64,000 nucleotides of DNA, from positions 1-64,000 of the IMG/VR virus record IMGVR_UViG_3300033070_000479, one strand, 5' to 3'. Positions within the stretch are counted from its first letter, which is position 1, and each line of letters opens with the position of its first letter. Under the pieces are notes generated by a model, which had not been told where the DNA came from, searched no databases, and worked only from the letters and a program-made list of their open reading frames with translations. This DNA comes from a virus (Duplodnaviria > Caudoviricetes). Of the stretch, positions 19,996 through 28,293 are shown piece by piece. A program made the translations under genes and the position numbers.

Positions 19996-21006
19996 TTGGC
20001 CCCACTCATCACAAAACCTGTGGACTTGTGCGGCGGCTACTGGGCCAGGCACTATCCTTCTCGCGTACCCGGGACGTGGGCTTCCTCGCTGGCAGCCGCC
20101 GCGTCGTGGCCGTACAGAAAGCACGGCTTAGTCGCCGGCTGCGATTTCACAGCCGGGGCTAGTACGACAGGCCCGGTACTGGTTCGCGGCTTGGATTTTG
20201 AGTCTGTTGACGAGGTGATAGGCGTATATCCCGAAGTCCCGTCTGGAACAGCGGTGTGGTCTTACACGAACCCGGCCGTAGTTGCCGCGGCTCACCAGCC
20301 AGGGTCGTACTTGTACCTGGTGGACGCAGTCGTACGGTTTACCGGGTCTCCTGCGTTCCAGCGTGACGGAGTTGTCCAGTACGTCCAGGACACGTGGCGC
20401 GGGACATGCGTCGCCACGGACTCCGAGGTACTGTGTATAGGTCCCGATGAAACGACGTCCTTAGAAGTAGGGGACGCCGTGAAGGCCGGAGACCCGGCCG
20501 GGTCTGCCTGGTCTCTGATACGCATGGGACCTGTAGGAGTTACCGGAGACAGGGTCGTTGTTCCGCCTTCCGCGCTAGAAGGAGTCACAGCGGCTGACCT
20601 GGTGTTTCACAACTCGGTAGTGTCCACCATCAAGGACACGTCCTTGGGGTACACCAGAGTACGATTCCCCATCGGCGGATCTGCCTCAGACGTTCAGGCG
20701 TTTTGGACGGCGTCGGAAGCGCGGGCTTTGCAGACCGGCTACGGTATGGCCAACATGCTGGACACCAGGACGTCTCCGTACGGCCCTCCGTCGGCGTACG
20801 ACGTAGTGTCCTCCGTTAACCCGGCACTGCTGGTGTGTGAAAAGCTCATCTACGGACAGGCGTACCAGTTAGTAACCTACAGTTCTCAATTCGGCCCTGA
20901 CGCCGACTCTACCGCTCTAAATGACTATGTTGCAGGACCTTACGCCTCTGTCTTCGTGTTTGACGGGGGTCTCCCGTCGACAGCCAACTACCTCTACGCG
21001 TTCTAA
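19996..21006 (+). CDS. putative baseplate wedge protein
   Basis: Follows the J-like gene; TTG start; synteny. Confidence 0.4.
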   Translation: MAPLITKPVDLCGGYWARHYPSRVPGTWASSLAAAASWPYRKHGLVAGCDFTAGASTTGPVLVRGLDFESVDEVIGVYPEVPSGTAVWSYTNPAVVAAAHQPGSYLYLVDAVVRFTGSPAFQRDGVVQYVQDTWRGTCVATDSEVLCIGPDETTSLEVGDAVKAGDPAGSAWSLIRMGPVGVTGDRVVVPPSALEGVTAADLVFHNSVVSTIKDTSLGYTRVRFPIGGSASDVQAFWTASEARALQTGYGMANMLDTRTSPYGPPSAYDVVSSVNPALLVCEKLIYGQAYQLVTYSSQFGPDADSTALNDYVAGPYASVFVFDGGLPSTANYLYAF

Positions 21007-21015
21007 GGTGATCAC

Positions 21016-21246
21016 TTGAGCCTACAGGATGTTCTTCGCATTAAGCTCTCCAAGCGCGTCCAAAACGTCGCCGTGTCGGTGACCCCTAATGACGCGGGAT
21101 TTAACGAGGTCACTGTGACAGCGGTATGGGGTCACAGAGTATCCCCCGCAGACAGGCAGCACCTGGTATATGAAGTTCTGAGTGACGTAGCGGATGAAGC
21201 CTTGCTGGCCAGGATTTCTGCAATAAACTGTGTGGACAGGAGTTAG
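21016..21246 (+). CDS. small hypothetical protein
   Basis: 76 aa; AAGGTG SD upstream; fills the gap exactly. Confidence 0.45.
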   Translation: MSLQDVLRIKLSKRVQNVAVSVTPNDAGFNEVTVTAVWGHRVSPADRQHLVYEVLSDVADEALLARISAINCVDRS

Positions 21247-21248
21247 CC

Positions 21249-23147
21249 TTGTCAGTCGTCGCCACAACTAACCCGTGCGCGTGCCCGGACCCTAATTGGG
21301 ACGACGAGCCGGTGCTCGACCCGCCAGTGCCTCCGCCGGCGGAAGAGAGTTACTCGGTCTCAGATCCGACTTGCTACGGATTTTGTCAGTGGCAGCTGGA
21401 GGATGATGGTAATCTGGTGCTTCTGACTCCGAATGCGTGTGGTTCCGGCTGCGGGTGCTCCGAACCGTGTAGTTGTCCGGCAGAAGCTACCGTCGGATCT
21501 ATCATTTCTAGCCGCTGCTCGGTAAATCCGTCTAAGGTAGACAAAATCTCATGCGCCTCTCTGACGTCAACTACCACTACTGCAGACCCTAACTCTACAA
21601 CCACCGTAGACCCAAATGCCGACGGCTGCTGCACGAGGACTTTAACTTACTACACCGTCTCCGATGCTCAAATTATTTGTAACCCATCTCCGTACGACAT
21701 ACCGGGAACAAACCGTATATGGCTGAGCGAGAAACTCGAACCAAATACAGAGCAGTGTGCTCAACTTTTTAGGATGTACGGAGTTTACGGGGCGGGCTTC
21801 GGCGAGCAAACTCCCGAGTCAGCTGCATGCTCGACTGTTCGAGAAGTACGAAACACGCAAACATCGGTAGGATGTGGAGGTACGATCACGACTACGTTGT
21901 GCGCCGAGTTGCCTAAGTGCAGCGGCTCGTGCGCGTACGTTACCCTATTAAATACTGATACTGACGAACTAGAGTGGTTTAGAGGGTGCAGCACCTGCTG
22001 CGAAGAGACAAGTGACTACGGGGATAAATGTAACTGCGATGTGCCGCTAAATCCCCCCGTCAGTCTTTGCTCCGCGGCCATAACTAGGTGCGGCGATGAT
22101 CGCGGAAGCGGTAACTGCACCGGCACCTGCTTATTTCAGTACGACAAGCCAGGCGGCGGATGGGAGTACGTATCGTCACAGTGTCCCGGGTGCTCTTGTT
22201 CTCCGCCAGACTGGTCGGACATACCTGACACTGACGGAGAGTATCGTTGCACACCGTGCCTGGTCCCTAACGACCCGCCAACGTCTTCCACGACTACTGA
22301 GAGCCCATGCCCGTGCAGCGACTACTGCACGTGGCGCAAAGAAGACTCCGGCTGGACGCAGACCGTCGACTGCGTACTAGGGTGCTGCTCGTGCCAACAG
22401 CCGGTGTTTATTGAGGGCCTGCCGGACGGCACCTTGGCCCAGACGCCGTGCGTGGACTCTAGCCTACCGACAACGACGTCGACCACTACCACGACCTCAG
22501 GGCCGTGCATCAACCTGTGCGAAGTCAAGTACCAGACCGCAACGGTCTCGGGTGTAACCGGGTGCTTCTTAACCCGAGTTACTGGATCGGACGGGTGCTC
22601 GACCCCGTGTCAGTGCCCCGGCAGAACTCTCACAGCGCCGGATACAAATCTTGTAGCTACCGGGTCTTGCCCGGCTCCGCTGGAAGGCGCTACGGCCTGG
22701 GTGCCGTGCGAGCCGGAACCGACCACGACAACGACGACTACCACGACGACTACGACCACGGCCGCCCCAGTGTTCTCATGCGTGTGCTGCCCTCCGTCCG
22801 GAGGTGGTAACGGGTTCACGTCGAGAGCATGTATGTCCGGGTCTCAGACGTTCTGGGAAGGCCTCGGATGCACGGTGTTCGGTGAGTACTCGTCCTCTGG
22901 GGCCTGCACGTCTGCGTGCGTCGGCCCGGACTGCAGATGGGGCGGGTACCACTGCCGCAAGTATCCGAGCATTACCGGGCCGGCTGGTCCGAAAGTGTGT
23001 ACGTGCGTGCCGGAAGAGACTGTCGGCGGCCTAGGGTTGTGCGCGGCGCCGTTCGCAGACTTGGCTTCGTGCCTAGCCGCTAACTGCGGGTCGATCACGC
23101 CCACTACGGCCGGGCCTACGACGGAGCCGCCGTTGGGCGGGGACTAA
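21249..23147 (+). CDS. Cys-rich modular protein with Thr-rich linkers (putative fibre/adhesin)
   Basis: About 64 Cys in 632 aa by my count; five copies of a CxxxC...C..C.C.P...C module; Thr runs up to 13 residues. Confidence 0.7.
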   Translation: MSVVATTNPCACPDPNWDDEPVLDPPVPPPAEESYSVSDPTCYGFCQWQLEDDGNLVLLTPNACGSGCGCSEPCSCPAEATVGSIISSRCSVNPSKVDKISCASLTSTTTTADPNSTTTVDPNADGCCTRTLTYYTVSDAQIICNPSPYDIPGTNRIWLSEKLEPNTEQCAQLFRMYGVYGAGFGEQTPESAACSTVREVRNTQTSVGCGGTITTTLCAELPKCSGSCAYVTLLNTDTDELEWFRGCSTCCEETSDYGDKCNCDVPLNPPVSLCSAAITRCGDDRGSGNCTGTCLFQYDKPGGGWEYVSSQCPGCSCSPPDWSDIPDTDGEYRCTPCLVPNDPPTSSTTTESPCPCSDYCTWRKEDSGWTQTVDCVLGCCSCQQPVFIEGLPDGTLAQTPCVDSSLPTTTSTTTTTSGPCINLCEVKYQTATVSGVTGCFLTRVTGSDGCSTPCQCPGRTLTAPDTNLVATGSCPAPLEGATAWVPCEPEPTTTTTTTTTTTTTAAPVFSCVCCPPSGGGNGFTSRACMSGSQTFWEGLGCTVFGEYSSSGACTSACVGPDCRWGGYHCRKYPSITGPAGPKVCTCVPEETVGGLGLCAAPFADLASCLAANCGSITPTTAGPTTEPPLGGD

Positions 23148-23160
23148 ACAGGAGACTCTC

Positions 23161-24972
23161 ATGGACCGTGACTTTACTGTCGGCATGGCGTGCTTCAACG
23201 ACTTTGACGGCGTCTACTTCACAGTAGAGGCTCTGAAAGTGTTTCACGCCGACAGGGTGGCGCAGATCATCGTCGTTGACGACTCGCCCGAAGGCCCGGT
23301 CCAAGAACGGACCATGAAGTGGTGCCGTAGGCTGTCCAACGTGCTCTACGTCCGGTCTCACGTACACGGCACCTCGGCCCCGCGTAACCGGGTGTTTGCG
23401 GAGGCTACGTCTGAGAAGGTTGTGTGCATCGACTCACACGTCCTGATACACCCCGGGTCGTTTTCTGCCCTGGACGACTTCTGGGCCGTTACTGCCGGCC
23501 ACGGTATCCGCCTAGCTCACGGCGTCTTGATGGAGGACGACAACCGGGTTCCGCTGTCGTCGTTCCGAGACGAGTGGGGCGACGACCTGATGCACGGGAA
23601 GTGGCACACAGACACAGCACAGTTTCCTCTGACTAACCTACGCGTGCCCGGTACCGCGGCGTACGCGTCCGATGACCTCGGACGTCCGGTCGCCGCCAAG
23701 CCGTGGATCGACGTGTGGTCGCAGGGGCTGGGCGGGTTCGCCTGCCTTAGGGACGAGTGGCCGGGCTTCCACCCGGGGTTTTCCCAGTTCGGCGGAGAAG
23801 AGGGCTACATTGACGACAAGTTCAGGCGTATGGGCGGGATGGCGGTATCCGTATCCGGGTTCCGGTGGACTCACCGATTTCATGACCAGGACGTCAAAAC
23901 ACCGGCCTCCTCCTATTCGAGATCTACTGTCGCAAAGTTCCGGAACTACGTACTCGGACGTCGAGACAATTTACTACAGACTGCTGATGTCACGGCGGCT
24001 TACGCCGGTAAAGGACACCCCGCCGAGAGGTGGGCGTCCGACGTAGAGACGGAAGTAAATGCTAAGCCGTCGAAGACGCAAGGCTCAGTCACCGTCTCCG
24101 CCCCTGCCCCCGCCAAGAAGTGCGGAGGGTGCGGAGCGGGTGGGTCCAAGGAGGTTGCCGAAAAGTGGGCTGAGGTCATGTCCCGCAACGCGGAGTTGCG
24201 GGCCATGATCGAATCCGTGAAATCGATAGCCGCAGGAAAACACGTGTGGGTAGGGCCTGAGGCGTACGCAGGCGTCCTGGAGTCGTCGGCGTGCGTGGCG
24301 GCAGTGGCGGCAGGCGCCGCGTCGGTAACCCTGTGTGTGCCGAAACAGGACGATACGACTAAGAACTGGGTTCAGTCCGTCACGTCCATGCTGTCCGACA
24401 AGGTGTCTGTGTCGAGCCGAGACATGTGGCCAGGTCAGGCGATCGTGCTGTCCCCCGTAGGACTCCCTGGCGCCGTAAAGGAGTACACGCACGAGATCTC
24501 TAAGGTGGGGTCGTCGTGGGTCGTGTCGACGCGCGCCGCAGAGCCGAAGAGGATTCCGCTGCCGGTAACCAACGCGGCCGCAGTCGCCGCACAATATCCG
24601 GATCACGCTGTCGTGAAGTCCGCCACCGGAAAACCGGAATTGGCTCCGGTGTGGGAACTGGACCCGTCCGTCAAGGTACTGCCGGGTCGCGGCCGCATGG
24701 CGCTCAACTACTTGAAGTTTCTGACGTCGGATAAAGAGCAGGCCACCCCGGAAGTCGCCAAAGAGCGCATGGACAAGTGCTGGACGTGCCCGAACCGTAA
24801 GCCGGTGCTGTACCCGGACCGCAACTGGTACCAGCGGTGTACGGATACGGAAGAAGCTAAGGGGTGCGGCTGCTTCCTGGACTGGTCTCCGCCTAACCCC
24901 AACAACAACACGCAGCCCGAGCCGGGTAAGGTGGCTTACGCCGACCAGGCCTGCCCGCGCGGATTTTGGTAG
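23161..24972 (+). CDS. GT2/GT-A glycosyltransferase with C-terminal Cys-motif domain
   Basis: FTVGMACFND...IIVVDDS...RNRVF...VVCIDSH (DxH variant of DxD), FGGEEGYI; C-terminal CxxC...C...CGC...CP.G.W; CAGGAG SD. Confidence 0.8.
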   Translation: MDRDFTVGMACFNDFDGVYFTVEALKVFHADRVAQIIVVDDSPEGPVQERTMKWCRRLSNVLYVRSHVHGTSAPRNRVFAEATSEKVVCIDSHVLIHPGSFSALDDFWAVTAGHGIRLAHGVLMEDDNRVPLSSFRDEWGDDLMHGKWHTDTAQFPLTNLRVPGTAAYASDDLGRPVAAKPWIDVWSQGLGGFACLRDEWPGFHPGFSQFGGEEGYIDDKFRRMGGMAVSVSGFRWTHRFHDQDVKTPASSYSRSTVAKFRNYVLGRRDNLLQTADVTAAYAGKGHPAERWASDVETEVNAKPSKTQGSVTVSAPAPAKKCGGCGAGGSKEVAEKWAEVMSRNAELRAMIESVKSIAAGKHVWVGPEAYAGVLESSACVAAVAAGAASVTLCVPKQDDTTKNWVQSVTSMLSDKVSVSSRDMWPGQAIVLSPVGLPGAVKEYTHEISKVGSSWVVSTRAAEPKRIPLPVTNAAAVAAQYPDHAVVKSATGKPELAPVWELDPSVKVLPGRGRMALNYLKFLTSDKEQATPEVAKERMDKCWTCPNRKPVLYPDRNWYQRCTDTEEAKGCGCFLDWSPPNPNNNTQPEPGKVAYADQACPRGFW

Positions 24973-24995
24973 ACACACGCTAACAGGAGTTTCCA

Positions 24996-25811
24996 ATGGC
25001 TACGCCTCTAGTGACCGCCATGTGCCCTACGTTCGGTAGACTCCCGAAACACAGGCACTTGCTGTGTCAGTCGGTATGGTGCTTTACGCAGCAGGATTAC
25101 CCCAACAAAGAGATGGTGATCCTGAACGACGCGCCGAATCAGACGATAGGTTGTACGGTTCCAGGCGTGCGCGTCATTAACTGCCCGTCGCGGTACAAGA
25201 GTCTAGGCGAAAAGCGCAACGCCCTCCTGGCCCACGCACGGGGCGAAATACTGTTGCCGTGGGACGACGACGATATCCACCTATCGGGCCGGATGTCGCA
25301 GGCGGTAACTATGCTGGACGGGTTCGAATACTGGAACCCTCAGGCTTCGTGGTACATGAACCCTGTCGAGACGGGCGGGGCGTTGTCTCACACCCACAAC
25401 CACGGCGTGTGCCACAACGCTTCTGCTTTTCGAGCCGGGGCGGTATGGTATGACCCGGTGTCCGGCGGAGAAGACCGTAAAGCCGACCTGCGGGCCAAGG
25501 CAAGTAAAAAGACGAACCACCGGAACCTCGTGAGCGACCCGGCGTCGTGGGAGTACATCTACCGGTTCGGGGTCGGCAAACATATCTCGTCCGTCGCTGA
25601 AGATAGGTCACAGGAGGAGTACGACCGACGTACCGCTACGCCGGGTTTGTTTTACATCAGCCCCGAGGAGCCTCCTGAGTTCAAAGAGTGGATGAAGCAG
25701 CGGAGTGCCGCCCTGGGGCCGTCCATTCAGATAAGCCACACGTCAACGCCTGGGCCGGAGATGCGGAAGCCGACCTTCCTAGAACGACTTCTGGGGGTAT
25801 GGACGCGATGA
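24996..25811 (+). CDS. GT2-family glycosyltransferase
   Basis: LVTAMCPTFGR...QDYPNKEMVILND...LGEKRN...GEILLPWDDDDIHLSGRMSQAV. Confidence 0.88.
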   Translation: MATPLVTAMCPTFGRLPKHRHLLCQSVWCFTQQDYPNKEMVILNDAPNQTIGCTVPGVRVINCPSRYKSLGEKRNALLAHARGEILLPWDDDDIHLSGRMSQAVTMLDGFEYWNPQASWYMNPVETGGALSHTHNHGVCHNASAFRAGAVWYDPVSGGEDRKADLRAKASKKTNHRNLVSDPASWEYIYRFGVGKHISSVAEDRSQEEYDRRTATPGLFYISPEEPPEFKEWMKQRSAALGPSIQISHTSTPGPEMRKPTFLERLLGVWTR

Positions 25812-26686
25812 CGCCATCCGCCGCAATAACCGAGTCTCTAGCTTCCGCGGACCAGTCGCGCATTGTCGACGGTACCGGTGTTGGGGTGGTTACTTGCGGC
25901 GGAGGTCCCTACCAGTACGGCATCTACGTACTGGTAAAAATGCTGCGTCTGTGCGGCTACGCCGGCGGGGTGTGGGTGTGGCACCGCGGGCCGGCTGAGC
26001 CGGTCTGCAGCGCCATTCGAAAGATGCCCGGCGTTACGGTGGTGGACGTCGTTAAGGACGCGGAAGACAACGGGCTGAGAGCCCCCGCCGGTGGCTGGGA
26101 ATGCAAGGCGTACGCCATGGCGCGGACACCGGTTAAGGTAGCCGCCTTCTTTGACGCAGACGCGTACCCAGTCAACTCGATCGACGCGTGCCTCGAAACT
26201 GCCGAGGCCGAAGGAGAAGTTTTTTGGCGTGACCTGGATAACGCCAACCTGCAGTGGAGATCGTTAGGTCTAGAAGTCCCCAAGCCGAAGTGGATTCCCG
26301 TCAACGGCGGGCAGTGGGTCGTTAACCGCGAACTCCGCAAACCGCAGCTCGCTCTCTACTCGGCGCTCACCGACAGAAGCTCGGTGCTGTACCGGTACAT
26401 GCTGGGCGATCAAGACTGCCAGTTGCTGGCATGGTACCTGACCAACACCAGGTACTTCATCGGAGACCTCGAAGAGGTGCGCCAAGTGAGCGGTGTGCTC
26501 GTGTACGACTTTCCTCACGGCAGGACGCAGGTGCTGCACCGCATCGGGTCGAAGATGGCGCCGTCCGGAATGTTCTCGCGTGGCACGTACTCTGGTCCGG
26601 TTAGAGGTCTGCCTCTGGAGCGACAAGCCACCTCTTTTTACGCCGAAGCCGTAGACGCCGTCGGCGTGCCGATTCGCGCTAAATAA
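25808..26686 (+). CDS. GT71/Mnn2-like alpha-mannosyltransferase-family protein
   Basis: GVVTCGGG, GWECKAYA, FFDADAYP (DxD), FWRD, NGGQWVVNR and GDQD motifs; ATGA coupling gives a start at 25808. Confidence 0.65.
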   Translation: MTPSAAITESLASADQSRIVDGTGVGVVTCGGGPYQYGIYVLVKMLRLCGYAGGVWVWHRGPAEPVCSAIRKMPGVTVVDVVKDAEDNGLRAPAGGWECKAYAMARTPVKVAAFFDADAYPVNSIDACLETAEAEGEVFWRDLDNANLQWRSLGLEVPKPKWIPVNGGQWVVNRELRKPQLALYSALTDRSSVLYRYMLGDQDCQLLAWYLTNTRYFIGDLEEVRQVSGVLVYDFPHGRTQVLHRIGSKMAPSGMFSRGTYSGPVRGLPLERQATSFYAEAVDAVGVPIRAK

Positions 26687-26709
26687 CTCTACTACTGACG
26701 TCACAATAG

Positions 26710-26781
26710 TTTGCGGTACTGGCGTTGCAGTCCGCGGGATAGCGCCATATGCGCAGGTTCTGTCCCATATCACAACGCAAA
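26710..26781 (+). promoter_or_regulatory. candidate structured 5' leader (three-way junction) of the Ubl operon
   Basis: P1 TTTGCG(26710-15)/CGCAAA(26776-81); P2 GGCGTT(26721-26)/AGCGCC(26741-46); P3 ATATG(26747-51)/CATAT(26766-70) with inner GCAG/CTGT. Confidence 0.35.
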
Positions 26782-26790
26782 GGGCTTAGC

Positions 26791-27135
26791 ATGAGCGTTC
26801 AAGGAAGCAGCGACAACCTGATCAGCGTCACGTACCAGCCGGCCAGCTCGGACGTGCCGGTGGTCGTCCAGCTGCCGGCAGGCAGCACGGTCGGGCACTT
26901 GCTCGCCCACCGGGCGGTCAACTCCTCGGCGACTGGTCTGGTGTTCTTGGTCAACGGCAACAAGTCCACCACGGAGACGATTCTGTCGGAGGGCTCCCGG
27001 GTCGTCTCGATGAAGGCCAAGGTGGCCGGGGCCGTGCTCGTCGGTCAGGAAGACGACATCTACGCGATCGACGCTAGGCTGGCTGCCGGTATGGAAGCGG
27101 CCTACAAGGCCTTCAAGGCCTGCGCCGGGCTCTAA
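26791..27135 (+). CDS. ubiquitin-like (beta-grasp, ThiS/MoaD-like) protein precursor
   Basis: VQLPAGSTVGHLL...FLVNG...TILSEGSRV beta-grasp signature; fold ends at KVAG (G80) and is followed by a 34-aa extension. Confidence 0.75.
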   Translation: MSVQGSSDNLISVTYQPASSDVPVVVQLPAGSTVGHLLAHRAVNSSATGLVFLVNGNKSTTETILSEGSRVVSMKAKVAGAVLVGQEDDIYAIDARLAAGMEAAYKAFKACAGL

Positions 27136-27141
27136 GACAGA

Positions 27142-28293
27142 ATGTTAACCGAAGCTCAACGCTCCCACGCCGCCGCGCAATTTGCCGCGGCGGCGTGGTC
27201 TTTGTCTACCGCGGCATGCCAGAGTGCGCCGCGCGGACCGTGGATCAACGAGCTGGCGACCTTATCCCACGCCATCTACGAAAAGACCAGTCGGTACAAC
27301 GCGGCCGTTCAGAGCCCCGCATCGTACGGCGGATCTCGAGGCGTGGCTACCAGATTCAAAGAGCTGAAGCAGGCGTGCGCCAAGTGGCGGAGTACGTACG
27401 CGAGGGCTATGGCCGGAGGACTCAAAGATCTGTCGTGGACGAGGCAGTCGGCGATTCCAAAGACCTTGGTGCAGACGGCAGAATCGGGTCTGGTGGGTTT
27501 GGAGAAGGACGGGTTCGTCCTCACGTACAGCATCGAGCAGAAGACTCTGACAGTGCATGCTCGTGAGCCGACGATAATCGAGCTACAGTACGACCACGCC
27601 GTTCACGGGACCGGCAGCAGCGCGGCGAGAACTAGGCTGGAGAAGATAAAGGCGTCTTTCCCGATCCCGCTAAACTTCGGGAGGATGAAGCTCACGTTCA
27701 GCCTCGGCAATACCGACATGCTGAACTACGACGCGTACATCAACGCCATGGCTAGATGCGCCTTTACTGGGTCCAAGACGATAAAGAGCGGCAACTACTA
27801 CCACCCGCACGTCAAGAGCGACGGGGTGGTGTGTCTGGGCGATACGGTCCGGGCCTGCAACAACATGTTCAAGAGCGGGTCCATCAGCGAGATCGTGCAC
27901 ATCTTCGCGTTGGTGTGTTCGAACTACAACAGGCACAGCCCGTACATCGATCTGCACAGGTTCGTCCTACCTTCCTGCGGTGCATGCGGTGGGTGGGAGT
28001 GTCCGCCGACTCAGGAACAGCGCGAAGACGTAATCAAGAAGTGCTTCTCGTGCCGAAGGGACGTCTGCCGTCGCAATAGGTGCTCGGAGGTGTGCGCTGA
28101 GACTGGTAACTTCGCGTGCATGTCCTGCCTCAGGAAGTGTACGGCGTGCAGCAGGGGTTACGCCGTCAACAGCAAGGGGTTCGCGTCGTTCGTGTCTTAT
28201 CCGGGTAAGTGCGGGGTCTGTACGGGCACGCTGCCGGCCAGCACCCTGCTATCCGAGCAGTCCGAGACCGGCACACAAGGGCCGTCTACGTAA
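27142..28293 (+). CDS. E2 (UBC-fold) conjugating enzyme fused to a Cys-rich zinc-finger region
   Basis: YYHPHVKSDGVVCLG matches the E2 HPN(I/V)..G.ICL motif (C231); NYNRHSPY matches the downstream N..SP motif; 14 Cys in aa 279-360. Confidence 0.75.
   Translation: MLTEAQRSHAAAQFAAAAWSLSTAACQSAPRGPWINELATLSHAIYEKTSRYNAAVQSPASYGGSRGVATRFKELKQACAKWRSTYARAMAGGLKDLSWTRQSAIPKTLVQTAESGLVGLEKDGFVLTYSIEQKTLTVHAREPTIIELQYDHAVHGTGSSAARTRLEKIKASFPIPLNFGRMKLTFSLGNTDMLNYDAYINAMARCAFTGSKTIKSGNYYHPHVKSDGVVCLGDTVRACNNMFKSGSISEIVHIFALVCSNYNRHSPYIDLHRFVLPSCGACGGWECPPTQEQREDVIKKCFSCRRDVCRRNRCSEVCAETGNFACMSCLRKCTACSRGYAVNSKGFASFVSYPGKCGVCTGTLPASTLLSEQSETGTQGPST

Noticed and set aside
22720-22765. ACN-type trinucleotide repeat as a contingency microsatellite
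   Set aside because: The Thr codons are mixed (ACC/ACG/ACA/ACT), so it reflects selection for poly-Thr rather than a slippage tract.
21249-26686. Host assignment (for example Planctomycetota) from GC content, Cys-rich proteins and GT71
   Set aside because: Suggestive only; it needs CRISPR-spacer, k-mer or phylogenetic evidence not available here.
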